A stretch of 60,000 bases of DNA from Botryllus schlosseri (lineage: Eukaryota). Position 1 is the first letter of the stretch. Every line of letters begins with the position of its first letter. The position numbers were made by a program, and so were the translations under genes. The notes beneath the pieces are model-generated. The model was not told the origin of the DNA. It made no database searches and was given only the letters and a program-made list of their open reading frames with translations. Where the stretch lies: assembly GCA_051294905.1 (NCBI GenBank), contig CM119376.1:25112001-25172000 (forward strand), in the 5' to 3' direction. This document shows, one piece after another, positions 10,746 to 25,264 of this stretch.

Positions 10746-13700
10746 CAACATTGCAAAGTTTTCTCGCAAATACCGCAGTCCGCCATTTTTATTTTCGATC
10801 GACGAGATGAAACACACACTAGGCGTCAGTTAGAAACTAGTTTTCTGGAACGGGCGCCCCGATCCGTCCCAAAATAGATTTTCGAAACATCGCAATTCAA
10901 TTTCCAACCGCATCTATTCCCGCGGTACGAAAAGGATTGGTTTTATTTGTCATCAGTTTTGTTGTGGCAGAGCTACCGTGATATGACGTCACGCTATGAG
11001 TGAGCATGGGACGGCGGAAGACAGTAAGTTCACATACTTTCCAGAAATAATAATCTTTCTGGCGCAGTAATTGCCGCGTTTTCGTCATCAGGGATTAATC
11101 GCGCGGTTCCTAGCTTGTCTCGCCCTCAGCCACCACAACTCTCGAAATTTCGTAAGAAATGTAGAAACAGACTATATAGTTGCAAGCTGATAATAGGCTG
11201 ATGCGTCAACGTTTGAGTTTCCCGCTTACTTTGGTTGAACTGCCGAAACATAATGTCTTTGGTGTATTTGGGGCTTTAAACGGGGACGGGTCATTTTGTG
11301 TATTTTGGTACTCATCCCCATCAACAAACTACAAATCCGCGAAAATATCACGACAGATCCATACCGTATTCAAGAACTGTACTCCAGATAATAGACGAAG
11401 TACACGCTCTGTCTTGACATCAATACATAATTTCAAGCCGAAAATATACTTCCAAATTTTCCCTGCAAGAACGCGATGTCGCTTATCTACCGAATAGCGA
11501 ACGCGTGAATTCACGTTGACGTAAGTTAATTCAATACGAACGGGCGATTGAAATGTGGCGCATTGTAAGAATGGATTTGTCCTGTGGCAATGCTGACATT
11601 CGGCGGGCTATTGATTGAGCGATATGCAGTTGTATGAGTGTTTGATCACTTCCTATATCTGACGTGACACAGCTTACTTAGCTTGATTCGGTTCGTTCCT
11701 ACGGGTCCGTGTGGTAAAATTAGGGTTGAAGGGATGAGCCAAATTGTCACCAATTTGCCATCAGTACGAATGGCCTTTGATTACATGTATCAGTATTGGG
11801 TATGCTTAAATATCAGCTACACATGCAAGCAATCATTGGGGAGATTGATTACTGGCGTTAATGCCGAGCACCATAATATTGTGATTAAATTATGAATGAA
11901 TGCAACTAGCGACTGTTTAGTAAGGTAATATGGGTTCTTGGTCGTAGTTTATTCGGTGGTTACATGACTATTTATTGAAATAAATCTTTCTGTTCAGCGT
12001 CTGTTAGGTTGGAAATGAAGAACAAATATGTGGTGTACCGTCGAACCGCAAAACTGTCATCATTATGTACCATATATCCCCTACATAATGACAAAATTCG
12101 AGATAATTTACTGCCAAATACATAGCCAACGATATCAAAAGGAATTTTTATCCACTACAACAATCGGCGTTTACGTCAGGCATTATTCGGTCTGTAAGAA
12201 TCAGCTATTTGAGAGTTTTTTTGCAGAGTTTTAACTTGTACCTACTTGTCGTAAATGGCGACATCAACTGTTCCAGAGATATTACTATTGATTTAACTAT
12301 TCCGCTCTTGGTTTGTTTACGTTGAGTAAACCTATTGCTGGCGATTACATTGATACGCCGTAAGTTCGTATTGTGATGTCACGACTTCGGAATTAGGACC
12401 GTCTTCAAGTTTACTAGAAACCCAAGTTTAGGAGTAATACGAGGGAGTGTGTTTCACGAGTATATAATCGAAATTCGTCGAAACATATGCACTGTGACGC
12501 TCTGCTATCCGCGCAGCGATGATGGACGGCTAACACCGAAATCTGCGATGTTCAGTGGTAGATAATTGTTAATTCCGTCCCATAACATGCGTTGCGATAG
12601 GCACATGTTACCGTTCAGACGTATTCGAATACGAATCACGGCGTTAGGATTCATGCCGAATGCTACAGCGATTGCGAACAGTAAACATACGCAACCGGAA
12701 TATAGACCAAAGGTATGGACTTTAGAGTCTACAAATATCCACACCTTTCTAAAAATTATGAATTCGGAAACAGTACCGGTAATTACATTTTTTAGTAAAT
12801 AATCCAAGTATCATCATTCAGCGGGCAATAACTTCAGGATAATCTGCATCAGTATCAGTAACTATCAGTGTAAATACCTATCAGTGCCAGTACCTATCAG
12901 TTACGGATATATACTTTGGTGTAAAAAAGTGCATTCCAAATAACAAATGCTTTCACATCGCGAGTCTTTTACTACAGAGGAGACATTCACATCGTAAGAT
13001 GACTGCAGCCATCAATAAAAAGAATTCCATACCAAAACCGGCTTTTGTCTATTAATAGCGCGGGCATATGACGAGTGACAATGCAATATGTTGCTAACAA
13101 GTTGAAGAAGCAGTACCTTGACTTTTCGCCTACATAGCGAATGAACTTGCAGGTACCAGATGTATGTGCCTCGTAACTATGACCATCCTCAGCGTTGGCA
13201 TTTGGCAGAGCCTCGGACGGCGCCCGCGACACGGTCGTAACGTTTGAGGTGCCGCAATAAAAGCCAGCCTCTCATAAACGAGACAGGACGATTGACAAAC
13301 AAAACGCAGCGGGTTTGCAACGGCACGAAAATCCAACGCGAAAAACATTAGCCGACAATTAATTTCATTGCTCTCCGCCGCACGGTCGTTTCCGGAGAAG
13401 GCCGTGTTATCAGACACCAAACATTGAAAGCCGGACCACTCGACGCCTAGACAAGGAATCGCGCGATGTGCGACTCATCGTTCAGTGTCAATATTTCCTC
13501 GGTGGTGAAAAAGGTCTTGTGCGATCCCGGAAAATCAGCACGTACCCGATAAGAAATATCGCGTCTTCCGGGGCGCTGTGGCTTTGAATGCTCATTTCAA
13601 AGAAGCTTGATTTTGCATTTCCTGGCTCGAGATAAATGAGAGTACGCAAACGTCACAAGTCGAGGAGTAACGTGGTGGAATGCTGCACAGTACACACCAA

Positions 13701-15782
13701 TGAGTCTAATTCCACAATTATTACCTAAGGGTTATCTCTAGGCCATCATCCAAAAGTTTAGAATCAGTGTGGGCCTTGCTGTATATTGGTGGGCCAGAAA
13801 TAACCAATTGGAATATCGCCCTGGCGTAAAATGACCATAGATATCCCACCCGTAGTTGAGCCGAGCGTTAGGGAAGTTCAGTTGCGTCACCCCGTGTACG
13901 ATTTACGCATTTCGTCCAATGCTCTGTTCACTAACACGTGAACTAGCGCGGTTTGTAAAATAGTAGTATGGTCATTGGTCAAACATAGAGACTTTACTGA
14001 TTGCAGCCTATTGTTATAGGAGCTGCTATTCTCAGATGACTCACTGATTCAAGTTTAGTAACGAACATGTGGTCGCGATTTGACTGCGGTACGATTGAAC
14101 TTACAGCGTCTCGAGCTGTGTTGACATAACAATCTCAGGTGGCCACCGCCGGCAACCTGCTGTGCACAAGTTCGCTTGTTCTGATGACGAAGTTGTGTTT
14201 ATTATCTTGTCCTCCGTAGGGTTACAATCGAGCACTTCCGCCGTATTTACTTGCTAAACCCCTACACTGATAAAAACACGGCTTCCTTCGTGTGGCGCTC
14301 GTAAAATAAGCAAGTGATGATCGGACGATTTAATCCCGTTCAGTCCCATGAGATTGTGGCCGGGCTAGTAAACTACCCGTAGAATTATCAATGTTTCATA
14401 ACAACGATATCGATGCGCATTTTGAAGCGATCCGTGTACGCTTCGTACTGCATGTAAGGCGTCATAAGCAGCGCCAAATTTTTGGCAGTTGATCGTTTTA
14501 TTGCATTATCCTGTGTTGACAGATCTCATTAAATATCGAGTAGATCAATCAACAGTTATGCATATCATCCGTACAGTGATTACTACATTCGAAGACTTGA
14601 TTTAGCCGGGAAAATGAGCCCAAAACAGTACAATATATTTCTCCAAGCTGACATTACGCTGCATTATATTGTAAGACTATAGGTTCTGTTAGCGAATAAG
14701 CTACTCGTAAAACGCTTCTAATTGCTGAGTGGGTATATTGATTACGCACACTTTTTTGCGAAGTTTTCCGCCAGCCGTAGATGGGAAGTGGCAAAATTTA
14801 TAAGTTAATCTTGGTACCACTAACACAACTACAGTGGTTGAACGGAAGTAAACTATTCTTATAGTGTTTTCCGTAATTAGAAATCTAAAATTTCAAGCGT
14901 GCAGTGTGTTTTACGGTTGATTCATTTAGCGCTGTAAGAACAGTTAGGATTGTGCTGTTCAAACAAACGCTAGTGGAATTACATAATCACGTCGTTTTAT
15001 TTGTATACCAAATTGGTAAGATGCACCACGGAAAGGTAACTTACACGATAAACAACAGCTAATTCGCATGGATGGTAAATTCCAGTCTGTACAGACAGTG
15101 TACAAGTACGCCATAGTACGTACAATAGTCGGAACTGACTTATCGCGCCAACAAATCACCAATCCATCATGACCACAGCGCCAACGAATGTGAATCGCAT
15201 ATTCGAATGATAAATCATAGTTTGTAAGAGCGTCACTTTAAAGCTTTCGTTTTTTATCTGATTATACAACAAACACCCCAATCTACAAACTATACTCCAT
15301 ACATAAAGCATTGCAAGTCAGGCTATAACATTAAAAATATTACGAAGTATCATAACATGGAGCCGCTGATCATGTCAAAGATTCATAGGGAACACAGACA
15401 GTAAAATGGTGTTGTGCGAGGAAATATATTATACAATATACAACCAAACGATGGGAATCGGAACAAAAACGCGAAATGTATTACTCGATTCGATAAATAT
15501 TTCCGAAAATAAAGAATGGGAGAGCGCTTGGCAGGTTTAGTGAATGTGAATTGCTCTGCATATTCCCATCTACAGTACGACACACTAACCTCAATACCAT
15601 TAACGGGCTGATATTTTGAGCATTGGTTAAAGCGAGTGAATTGAGCCGGGTCCGTGATATCAATGTCCTCTCGAACGACCACGATGATATCGTCAAAGAA
15701 AACGTTTGTTACGTATCAATCATGACTGATTGTAAAGCTCTGTTTATAACCGTAGGCCTATCATAAATTAGTAGATGTGTAC

Positions 15783-16106
15783 CTTTGTCATCATTCTGTC
15801 GGCGCCCGTGCCTTCCTCGTTCCGAAACACGACATTCTGGTCCAAGGTCACGACAAGATCTTTAAATTTCGTATCACTCCTTCGAATCTTCCCCTCCGCC
15901 GGCCCGCTAGCCCCGATAGTCTTTTCCGACATGTTTGGAATATGCTGGCGGTATACCAGCGCCACTTGCGTCTTATGAGGGTGTCTCGTCGAAAACCGCG
16001 GCCCCGGGCCCCGGCAGCTTTCCGCCATCCTCTGGCTCGTTGCGAGCAGCAACACGGCGAGGATCAATGCTGTGTCTTGGCAATTCATCTCTTCATTGAG
16101 GTACAT
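15783..16106 (-). CDS. hh: Hedgehog exon 1: signal peptide and HhN N-terminus
   Basis: ATG at 16106 (alternative 16088), hydrophobic [10 protein letters not shown], then CRGPGPR...[27 protein letters not shown]...[17 protein letters not shown]. The four exons sum to 1272 nt = 423 aa + stop. Confidence 0.96.
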
Positions 16107-19100
16107 CAGTCGCAACGCGATAGAATTACACGGTACAGGCTCGTAACCTCTGTCGGAAACACGGGGTAAATCGTCAAAATGGATTAAGATGGGCTGACAG
16201 CGCCGGGAGCGCGGAGACGATAAAAAAGTTGGAAAATAAACTCTTCGGATCCGTATTGATACTTGGAAGCATTCACTAAAAATCAACCCTTAAACACTTG
16301 ATGAATGGCGGTAATGAGAACTTCATCACAGTGCCTCTCGCTGCCATTCTGTGTTTACTATAATCTACGTCAAAGGTTCACACTGTAGCGGTCTAATAAA
16401 AGCATATCCCCGTGTTCAAATACAGAGAAGATGAAAAATCCAAATATTCTCGCCCGTTGCTGTTTTTGTGGAAATGAGAGAATGGTAAGATTAACTTTTG
16501 GAAACAAACTTATCTGCCGTTGCACGCGAGTGTTTCGTGGTACACAAATCTAGAAACATCAAATCGACCCGGCTATACCTATTTTATGTATTGCATAGAA
16601 GCAATAGGTGATTTATGAGCAAGAACAAGGGTCTCACAACATATATTCACGTCCACTGTGACACTGTATCGTATAAACGTCAGATGGACATAATTTTCTT
16701 CGCGTAAATTGATGCAAGATTGCGGGCAACCGCTTCGATTGGAATTTGATCAATGATGAGTTGCTCAACATCAAGAATAACTATATTCGGTCGAGTAGGC
16801 CACTGGCTCGCGCAAGACGACATAACGTCAAACTTGAACGGCACAATGTACAATATAGACTTCCTGCAATTGGAAACAGTTCCGTGCTATGAACAAGTGT
16901 ACAATGTACGTTATTATTCATAGATAGTTTCCCTTGCTGCGTGGACACTGGACAGCTATCATCAGCTGTGTCATACGAGACGCGAACAAATTTGATAGAA
17001 TTTCTGAAGCGCAATTCGTATACATACTCAATAGCGGCCCTGTCTAAACAAATCCATGTAATGCTCTCTTCACGTGACAGATGTGGTGTGTCGCGAAAAA
17101 GTGCCAGTCTAGCTATATATATGCATTTGATATGTGTATATATATGTATAGTTATACACGGGTATTTAAAATTCTGAGTGATGGCAACCACTCCAACAAA
17201 CATTAAAAACACACTCGGCTCCGTAAGTGCAGGGACAGTAGATCAAGAGCGATGCCGATTGGCGAATCGCTTTTTTCGACCACGTCATAAGATACGGTGC
17301 GGTCGACCTGTAACTTTCTCATACGGGAACACTTCAAAATGCTTTGCTGTAATACTGGTCTTAGAAGGTCGTCTTGGTTCGAGCGCTAAATCATAGCTAC
17401 TACATAATGAACTCTCTACAACTCAAAACGTTTGAAAGTCTTTCGGGCATAGTTTAAGACCTAGTAAGTCCACGGCCAGGGAGTACTCTGATATCAAACT
17501 TACGACTCACACCAGGCAAAGCTAATAATAATCGGATTTACCACCATCAGAGCCCCAGTGTATCCATATAAGCGCTCATGATTACCAATATCCTCCTTAC
17601 CACTTAAAGCCATAATTTTACATCTTTCAATGCACAGTGCACACGTTATCAAATAACTAACGAAACTTGCTTCGATCTCTTGTCATTTACGCTCCCTACT
17701 CGGCAATGTGCGCAGGCGCAGACAAGTACTATACTATTCCGCTCCATTTTCAGACTGGTTCATCTTGAAGAGTAGTATTTGAAAGATTTTCCACCAGAAA
17801 CATGTTACACAAATACTTTCTTCTAAACTATATCAAATGTTTTTTGAACGTTGCTCCGCTATCGAAATGTTTTCTTATGGTCAGCATTCTTATACGGCAG
17901 GAACATCTCATTCTACTGTTTGAATGGTATTACATTTTACTTTTATGAATTCGGACAATTGTGGTTCTGTAGCCCCGGTTGACATAATATCACCCCACTT
18001 CACATTACGATATCAATTTGGGCCCTTGAATATGTGACAGCACAAAAGAAATATGATTGTTCCAAATGCTCTCTCAACAAATCTCGATGATGATAAATCA
18101 TGCGAAAAAATTTCCTTGTGTACCCGATATCCGTTTCGGGGCTCTAGGTGTCATTTCTCAAGGAAGACCGTCTTTTATTCTAGGCCTAAATTTAGGTCGA
18201 ATGCCACTCGGAAGGTCGTTAGCATTTCAATTATAAAGCCTACGCAGTTTGTCCTGTTCGGTTCGATGACCAATGAAAGATTACTGTACAAACTCAGTAA
18301 GCTATCGTGGAATTTGAACAGTGCGATACCTTGTTAACATATCTACATTATAAAAAGTGGTTTTCTTTTATCTATTGCTATGCTGTTTCGGTAGCAGCCT
18401 TATTCATATGCCTTTCGGAGATAAACTTGGACCTCATATCCCGAGATAATACTTCAAACCGTGTGTTATTGAACTAATCAGAGGTCAGCACATCAGTTTG
18501 TAATGTCTTCGATAGCATGGTACCCACACTAATAACGTTTACAGCGGCTGTAAACGTATTTGGAGCTCGAAATAGCTCACAAATTTACTTTCATATTAAC
18601 TTCGATGGAGATGTATCTTTCTCAACAATCACAAGCGAACCTAAATTTTGAAATTCGTGTTCTACCAAGATCCCATGCATGCTTAAAAGGAGTGCATGAT
18701 TTAGCTGAACCCTCAATGCGTCAGTGACAACTGAAACGAAGCGTATTGTGGGGCTATTTTGAAGTTTAATCCGAGCCCAGCACAAAACCAAATTATAACA
18801 TAATTTTTCAAGGTTCGATTATTATAGAAGCAGGTAAGCGTAATCCGCTAAATCTTTCCCTGCTGAGTATGGTGATGACCGTCTTCTAATATAATGAAAG
18901 ATTGTCGCCATGAGCCGTCATATACACTATGGCTGTGGCCTGCGGGAAAGTCCAAGGATATAACATCCGCAACTGCCCAGTGTCCACTGCCCACAGACAA
19001 GAAGGCCGGCGTTGAATGTCCAATTGTCCATGATATCTGCCAATCAAATTGAACCAAAGCGGCATAAATGAGAGATGAAACGGAGAGGCTTGTTTACCAT

Positions 19101-22100
19101 GTAGACTGCGTTTGTTCAGTAAACTCGGTCGACAATCATTCGATTTCGACTCTATTTCGAGACGCACCAGCTCCTGACTCTAGTACACTTTCTCACTGCA
19201 GTAACCTTCTGCGGTTCTCAACACTTCTGCGCAAATCTGTCCGTGGTAATCGGTAATGATAAGGCAATATCGCAGTCGAGTGGCCCTCGTCAACTCCTTT
19301 ACGCTCAAACCTCCAGAATAAATAGCGTGTTCAATGGCGAGATTGGATTCTTAAGTAAATCTGCGATTACGCATATTTGCCGGCATTTACCCAGGAAGTA
19401 CTTCCGATATTGCCCTTTAAATGGCTGCGTAATATGAACTGTCATGGCGTATTGATTATCTCATAGAATAGGAACACAGTACGCATCTCAGTACAGGCAC
19501 CGCATGGAAGCGAACATGCAGAATTAACAGTGTTTCACAGCCTGCCCTGCCTACCTACCGAAATATTTAACCCTGAACCCGTCGGAAAGGTCAACACACG
19601 TTAAGTCCGCGAAACACGCGATATGATTATGGAGAATACATTTACAACGCTACTATACAAATCAGTAGTATCACAAGTCGAACTCCCACTCTGACTGTCT
19701 TGAGTTGAGCCGCTGCGTGGCTTTGAACGCTTCTTCAAAGACTCCCAATTCGTCTGGATGTAACAATGTGTATTTTCGTTGATGGTCTAATGCGGTTGCA
19801 TATTTGATCGAGATGACGTTTCGATTTGAACTATATCTGTCTCGCGACACGCAGGGCATTCCTGTGTCACTACAGCCTTTTACATATACCTTACACTGGA
19901 TATAGTAATCTATGACATCCGAGCACTACGGATCAGGCCGTTCGAAACATATATCACACGAGAGGTCACTTAGCGACTATTTCACACTTTGTCAAACTCG
20001 AGTCGTGTTGAAGATCTCTCCGAGACTGTTGTTATTTCATTTCGACAATTGTCTGATGGCCATAGCTGCGCTGCGCTATTGTATCCATCCCGGTCTTAAA
20101 TAAACAAATTGGAATCGTATTTGGATTATACTAACTGATTTACCATTGTACGTGGCTATGTACACGTAAGAATTTGGCACTGCCTTCACACCGATGCAAA
20201 TTTCCGATTACGACGACACGCAGAGAAACGTCGAGTCCTAGCCTGCGATGCCTGTGGATGCAATGTCTCATACAGTATCCAGCAAGATCAGACACCCCGC
20301 TATATTTCGTTACGTGAGTTACCTCTTGGTACACATCATAAATATTACTTTTACAACATTTACAAATCTTGCTTCCATGAATTCTATTCTCTATGCGTCT
20401 ATAGTAAAGCAAGACTAAAGTACACAAAAGCGACTGTTCTTACAGAGCGTAGGAAAGATATTTCATCAAATGGATAATAAAACTTCGCTAAAGTGGTGCT
20501 CGCGGAGAAGCCTGCTCGCGAAAATAAGAAGGTAGCGCTATGCAGTACTATCATGTACCCAATAACTTATCGGGTAGAGTAGAGACATAGACCTCCTAAC
20601 CGATTTTAAATGTGCATTTGATCGACAAATGTGCTGTGCACTCTCAACAAAGATTGATAAACGCCTATAAGGTAATCATAATCATTATTGCATTTGATTC
20701 ATTTCTGAATTTGCGATTTAAACGTTTATGTTAGCATAACCCATGATAACTATGGGGCGCACATACGCATAGGCGTAGTCTGAGGTGGAATGGCACTTCG
20801 TCGTAGCTGCGCAGTCCACAGTGTACAAGCAGCGTTCACTCATATTAATCCAATAACGTCGTGGTGCAAGTAGTGGGTGAAACGGGTCTAGCAACATTTT
20901 CATCGAGATCACCAACGGCATATGAACGCACTCTGAAATCGCGTCCTTTATATTGGACATATTGTGTGATTTCTACTGAATGCATCAATGGTAAGGATCA
21001 TACTATGTGCTAATAGTATGTGCAGCTAATGTGCTTTCTCAGGTGCAAGTGTGGCCGAATCTCAAGGTTTACACGCCACGTATTCTGCAAGTGTTCGACC
21101 CTTCACCCAATGCCATTCTAATAGATATAATTATCAGGTAGGCCTCCCGTACAGGACTATTGAATTGTAGGATGTTTTTAGTATTGCTTGTACGATCGTC
21201 ACGTCAACTGACAATTTTACCTGACCTGCTGAAATGCAAAGGAACACTATTCTGGGGCTTGAGAATGATTCAAACGCATGTCCGCTACCATGCAATGTAA
21301 AACGTCTCCGGTGTACAATTTGTGTTTCGGAGCAACTGAGAAATGTAAATTATTTTGCTTGGAATCCTCACGAATTGATCTTCTCGCAGATTTGATGATG
21401 ATGCAGATGAGATTAATTAACGTTTTATGTTTTTGGTCTGTTTGTTGTAATAATACGTTGTTTTGAGTCGTTTAGACGTCGCGTAGTACCAAGCTATGGT
21501 AACGTGTATTTTTGCAAATAAATACGGAACAATGACCGTACATCCATCCACTGAAATGGTATCGAACTGCGCCACCGACACATGCAACATATGTTACGGT
21601 ACTTGTGTTGCAATCGTAAATTCAACCACATTTAGGGTATATGACATTGCTATTCTAAGAGGTAGTTTCAAGCAAGGCATTGCTATTTGCTCACTAGGCA
21701 ATTAGTCCAACCACAACAAGCCTTTAACACGCCTACTAGTTGCAAGAACACACGCAACGGCCCTGACATAAGTGGCACATTGCGTGTACTGAAATTTACA
21801 TTGCCACAAAAATGTCTTTGATACGGTGGCGTTGCGTGCTGGCTTCCAACGTAATGGCCTTTGACATCGGGTTTGCATTGTAGACTCGCCATCAAAACGT
21901 ATTCACTCGTAATATCAGCAAATATTGACTTGCCAACGCCCTCTGTCGACGTGGGATTTGCGTCACATATATCGAGATCACAGACGCGCTTTCGATCTCT
22001 CGCAGACGTCGTCGCGTGTTGACAGAGGGTGTGTTGCACCCTCAGGATGGCCACAAGCAGCATTTGCTTTGCAATTATAAACATGTTAGGTTTCAATTGA

Positions 22101-22511
22101 TCCTTTATAGACCATGCATGTCCTCCGCGTATTGGCGTCGATATTGCTTAGTCATTGTGGGTTGGATTTCGTTCGGAGTGTTCTGGAAATAGCGCAAATG
22201 TCAAGTGTCTAGTCTGGACAAAGACATGATAGATTTATAATAATGCTATATAAAATACCATTTTACACGTATTCTAAAGTAGAAAGGCAATGTTTAATTT
22301 ATCGCAATGGTAAAGGGCGATGAATTTATGGCAAGAATCGAAATTTACACCAGGTCGATACGTTATTTGTTGCTTATAGTATTCATGGTGTTTCGAGTAC
22401 CATGGTCAGGGTCATCTACACAAGGCCGATATTTCTTATCGTGATTCCTGATCTGTCGACTTCTAGCCCGGCCCACTTTCTTTCTAGGCTTATAAAAGAC
22501 ACCGCTTAGGC

Positions 22512-24171
22512 CAGTGGTTTATAACCATTTTTCCTGCATCGCCCCTTCTCAGAAATATTTATGGTCGATTGCATCCCTCCCCCATATTTAAGGCGTGCAT
22601 TAACGACAATGGGTTGTATAGGTCGAAGTCCGGTCGGTCTTTTCGGCTTTGGACGTGATTGTTTGAAAAATTACCAGTGGAATCGTGCCCGCGCCCCATG
22701 GGACTAATTATAACGATCTGATTATTGTGCGTAAGCTACTAAAGTTGTTATAACAGCGTCTGGATTCGAGCCCAGTGTTGGGATCAAGTCACTACCTTCG
22801 AGTCACGAGTCATTTCGAGTCACTCATTGCACAGCACATTCTGACTCGAGTCAAGTCCAGTCACTCAATTTTCGGAGGTGACTCGAGTCACGTCGAGTCA
22901 AGTCAAGTCAAGTCAAGTCCCGAGTCAAGTCACAATTCAAGTCAAGTTGCGAAGTATGCGACATGATTACGTCATTGCATTTTGCTAGCTGTCTGCAATA
23001 TTGATTGAGTGGTCATTGATTCCGAGCCGATGAAAGAATATAGAGTTAAATATACACTCAAGAAGGCGCTGTATCGCTGACATACACGTAGAACTGCTAT
23101 ACTACGTAAGTAATTGCATATCCTCAGTTTATAGTTACCACTTTACCATCCAAAATAGAGAATAGAGAAACGAATTAATAAGATGCGATACATTACCCAT
23201 TTACGAATTGATATGATACAATTCCAGCCTGCAGCAATGATTGAGGACTATATAGACTATATTCGAATTCGATTTCAATAAAACAGGAGGTTTGGTTGAG
23301 GTAAGAACATAGGGAACAGAAATAGACATTTTCTATTTTATTACCTTACTACTAGTTTACGACAACGTAAGCTGTAAGCTTCGATCGCTTCGTTGGCATT
23401 CAATGTATTTGTTAGAGAGCAATGGAGGCCCGATGAAACGCACGATCATTGAATGATAGGTCGTTCTTACTGGTTACATCAGTGTTGCGTGAACAATCCG
23501 AACATATGCAAGATACAGTGATTTTTATCGCCACCGATTACTTGATGACTCGAAATTGAGTCGTGAATTTTGCTCCGAGTCACGAGTCAATCCACATTTC
23601 TGATACGCCGAGTCAAGTCAAGTCATTTTAGCAAAGTGACTCGAGTAAAGTCAAGTCATACGAAAAAGGTTACTCGAGTCATCCCAACACTGCTCGAGCC
23701 CAATAAAATTCCCTCTCAAAAGTGGTATAGGGCCACTTTCTCGGACTTACACACGCCGTGTGTTGCAATGTAGGCTACAATACCTAGTTCGAAACGTTTA
23801 CATAAGAAAACCTTGCGTGATGGAACTGTGAACTCAAAGAAGCACTTAAAGACAGTTCACATTAATTATAACGAACTGCGTTTGTGGAAACATATTACAT
23901 ACATATAACCGATATATTTCGCGCGAAGAGCGACGAAAAATTTGGAGATATGATAAATTTGCAATTAGAACTTAGGAATATATAGAACTATAGTTCAACT
24001 ACAGAACTGTATATCCCTATGGAAACTACTACACCATATATACTGCTGCGCCATTTTTACTCAGCGCCTCCATAACGTCGCAGCCCCCACCATAATGCCT
24101 CTGGGTGTTCCCGCTCCCTTCAAAATCCAAATCACCCCGTGGGGGCTCTGGAGCCGAGGTTAAGAACACTG
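22512..24171. mobile_element. hAT-type non-autonomous element inserted in a family-2 SINE
   Basis: Termini CAGTGGTTT...AAGAACACTG; TSD GCTTAGGC/GCTTACGC; the SINE body resumes on both sides. Confidence 0.7.
22773..23692. mobile_element. hAT-type MITE, family B (GAGTC/AAGTC subterminal arrays)
   Basis: TIRs CAGTGTTGGGAT/ATCCCAACACTG; TSD TTCGAGCC/CTCGAGCC. Confidence 0.9.
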
Positions 24172-24596
24172 GCTTACGCGGATCACATGTAGAAGGGAGC
24201 ATATAGATAAACCTCCAACACTTAAGCAGATACACGTTTATTTGGATGTGATTCCTGTTGACCAGATGACCGCCAAAGATCGCTTTGACAAAACATCGTA
24301 TGAACACTAACATCTCATCTGGCAATGAGGGGCCTGGTTAAACCCTCAACACTTTCTCGGGATTTGGACTCGTCCTGTGATATGTAGGCTATTTGTGTAA
24401 GCTTTAGGCACTGCTGTATATTTGGTTGCATTTGACCAGGGTAGTAATACGACGATAAAAAATCAGTGATCCTCGTTTCAAAACTATGATTCAAAATCAT
24501 TGAATATTCCGACTGGCACCCATGAAGTAGTCAAATATACTCACATGCGGAACGCATATTCTCGCGAATTGAATCGATACCACATTAAATTCTCTC

Positions 24597-24920
24597 TCAA
24601 CAAATTCTGAGAGTGACATCAACTATATTTTCAGTAGAATATACATGGAACGAACCTGGAACTGCAGACTGAGAGGTCGATTCATGCTTGTATGCATGAG
24701 AGTCGGATCCATTGATCCGCGATAACTGAGGGGTTTGCGGTAGGCAAGCCCCATTGCTTGTAGCCATAGAACGGTCAGCCTCGCTGGAGAGCTTTAGCGA
24801 TGTCAAAGTCGAGGCGCTATTCAGAGATTGCTGATCTTTGATATCCGAAAGCGCTGAATCCAATTGACTCCCGAAATAACTGAGTATCGTCTCTCTTGGC
24901 TCAGAATCGTCTGTCTGCGA
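24597..24920 (-). CDS. Putative terminal exon of an uncharacterised Ser/Pro-rich protein
   Basis: Acceptor ACACTTTCGCAG|TCG; 107 open codons SQTDDSEPRET...VDVTLRIC then TGA; phase-compatible with upstream candidate exons. Confidence 0.5.
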   Translation of the reverse strand, partial: SQTDDSEPRETILSYFGSQLDSALSDIKDQQSLNSASTLTSLKLSSEADRSMATSNGACLPQTPQLSRINGSDSHAYKHESTSQSAVPGSFHVYSTENIVDVTLRIC

Positions 24921-25264
24921 CTGCGAAAGTGTGAAATGTTCTAGAGTTAACTCTGTTTCTGCTAGTTTTGTCTCTATACTCTAAAATGGGTAGCGGGTTG
25001 AAGTCCACGTTAGGCCGACCCCAAATCACTATAGTATACTAAGTATACTTGAATGCAATAGGTTTATTCAGGCTTTCATCGCTCATCTCAACCGCGTAAG
25101 TGTGGTCTTACGAAAAGCTTAAAACTACAATGGGCCGTGCTGTAAGTCAGCTCATGAATAATACAAGAAGAATATCAGCATATGGTGTAGAATGGCCAAT
25201 GAAATCGAAACGCCGTGAATATAGCAAATAAACAAACAAACAAAGCACTACGAACATTCTAAAC

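Noticed and set aside
16107..16286. N-terminal extension of Hh suggested by the ORF track (MIFSECF...)
   Set aside because: It starts at a non-ATG codon; the first in-frame ATGs (16106/16088) directly precede the signal peptide, so this is probably 5' UTR.
16781..22096. Numerous 60-140 aa ORFs upstream of hedgehog
   Set aside because: No recognisable domains, many have non-ATG starts, and I found no consistent splice chain; treated as chance ORFs.
22790..22945. GAGTCAAGTC arrays (also at 27.0, 28.4, 50.3, 52.8 and 53.7 kb) that superficially resemble CRISPR or iteron repeats
   Set aside because: There are no unique spacers; they are subterminal motif arrays of TIR elements flanked by 8-bp TSDs in a eukaryotic genome.
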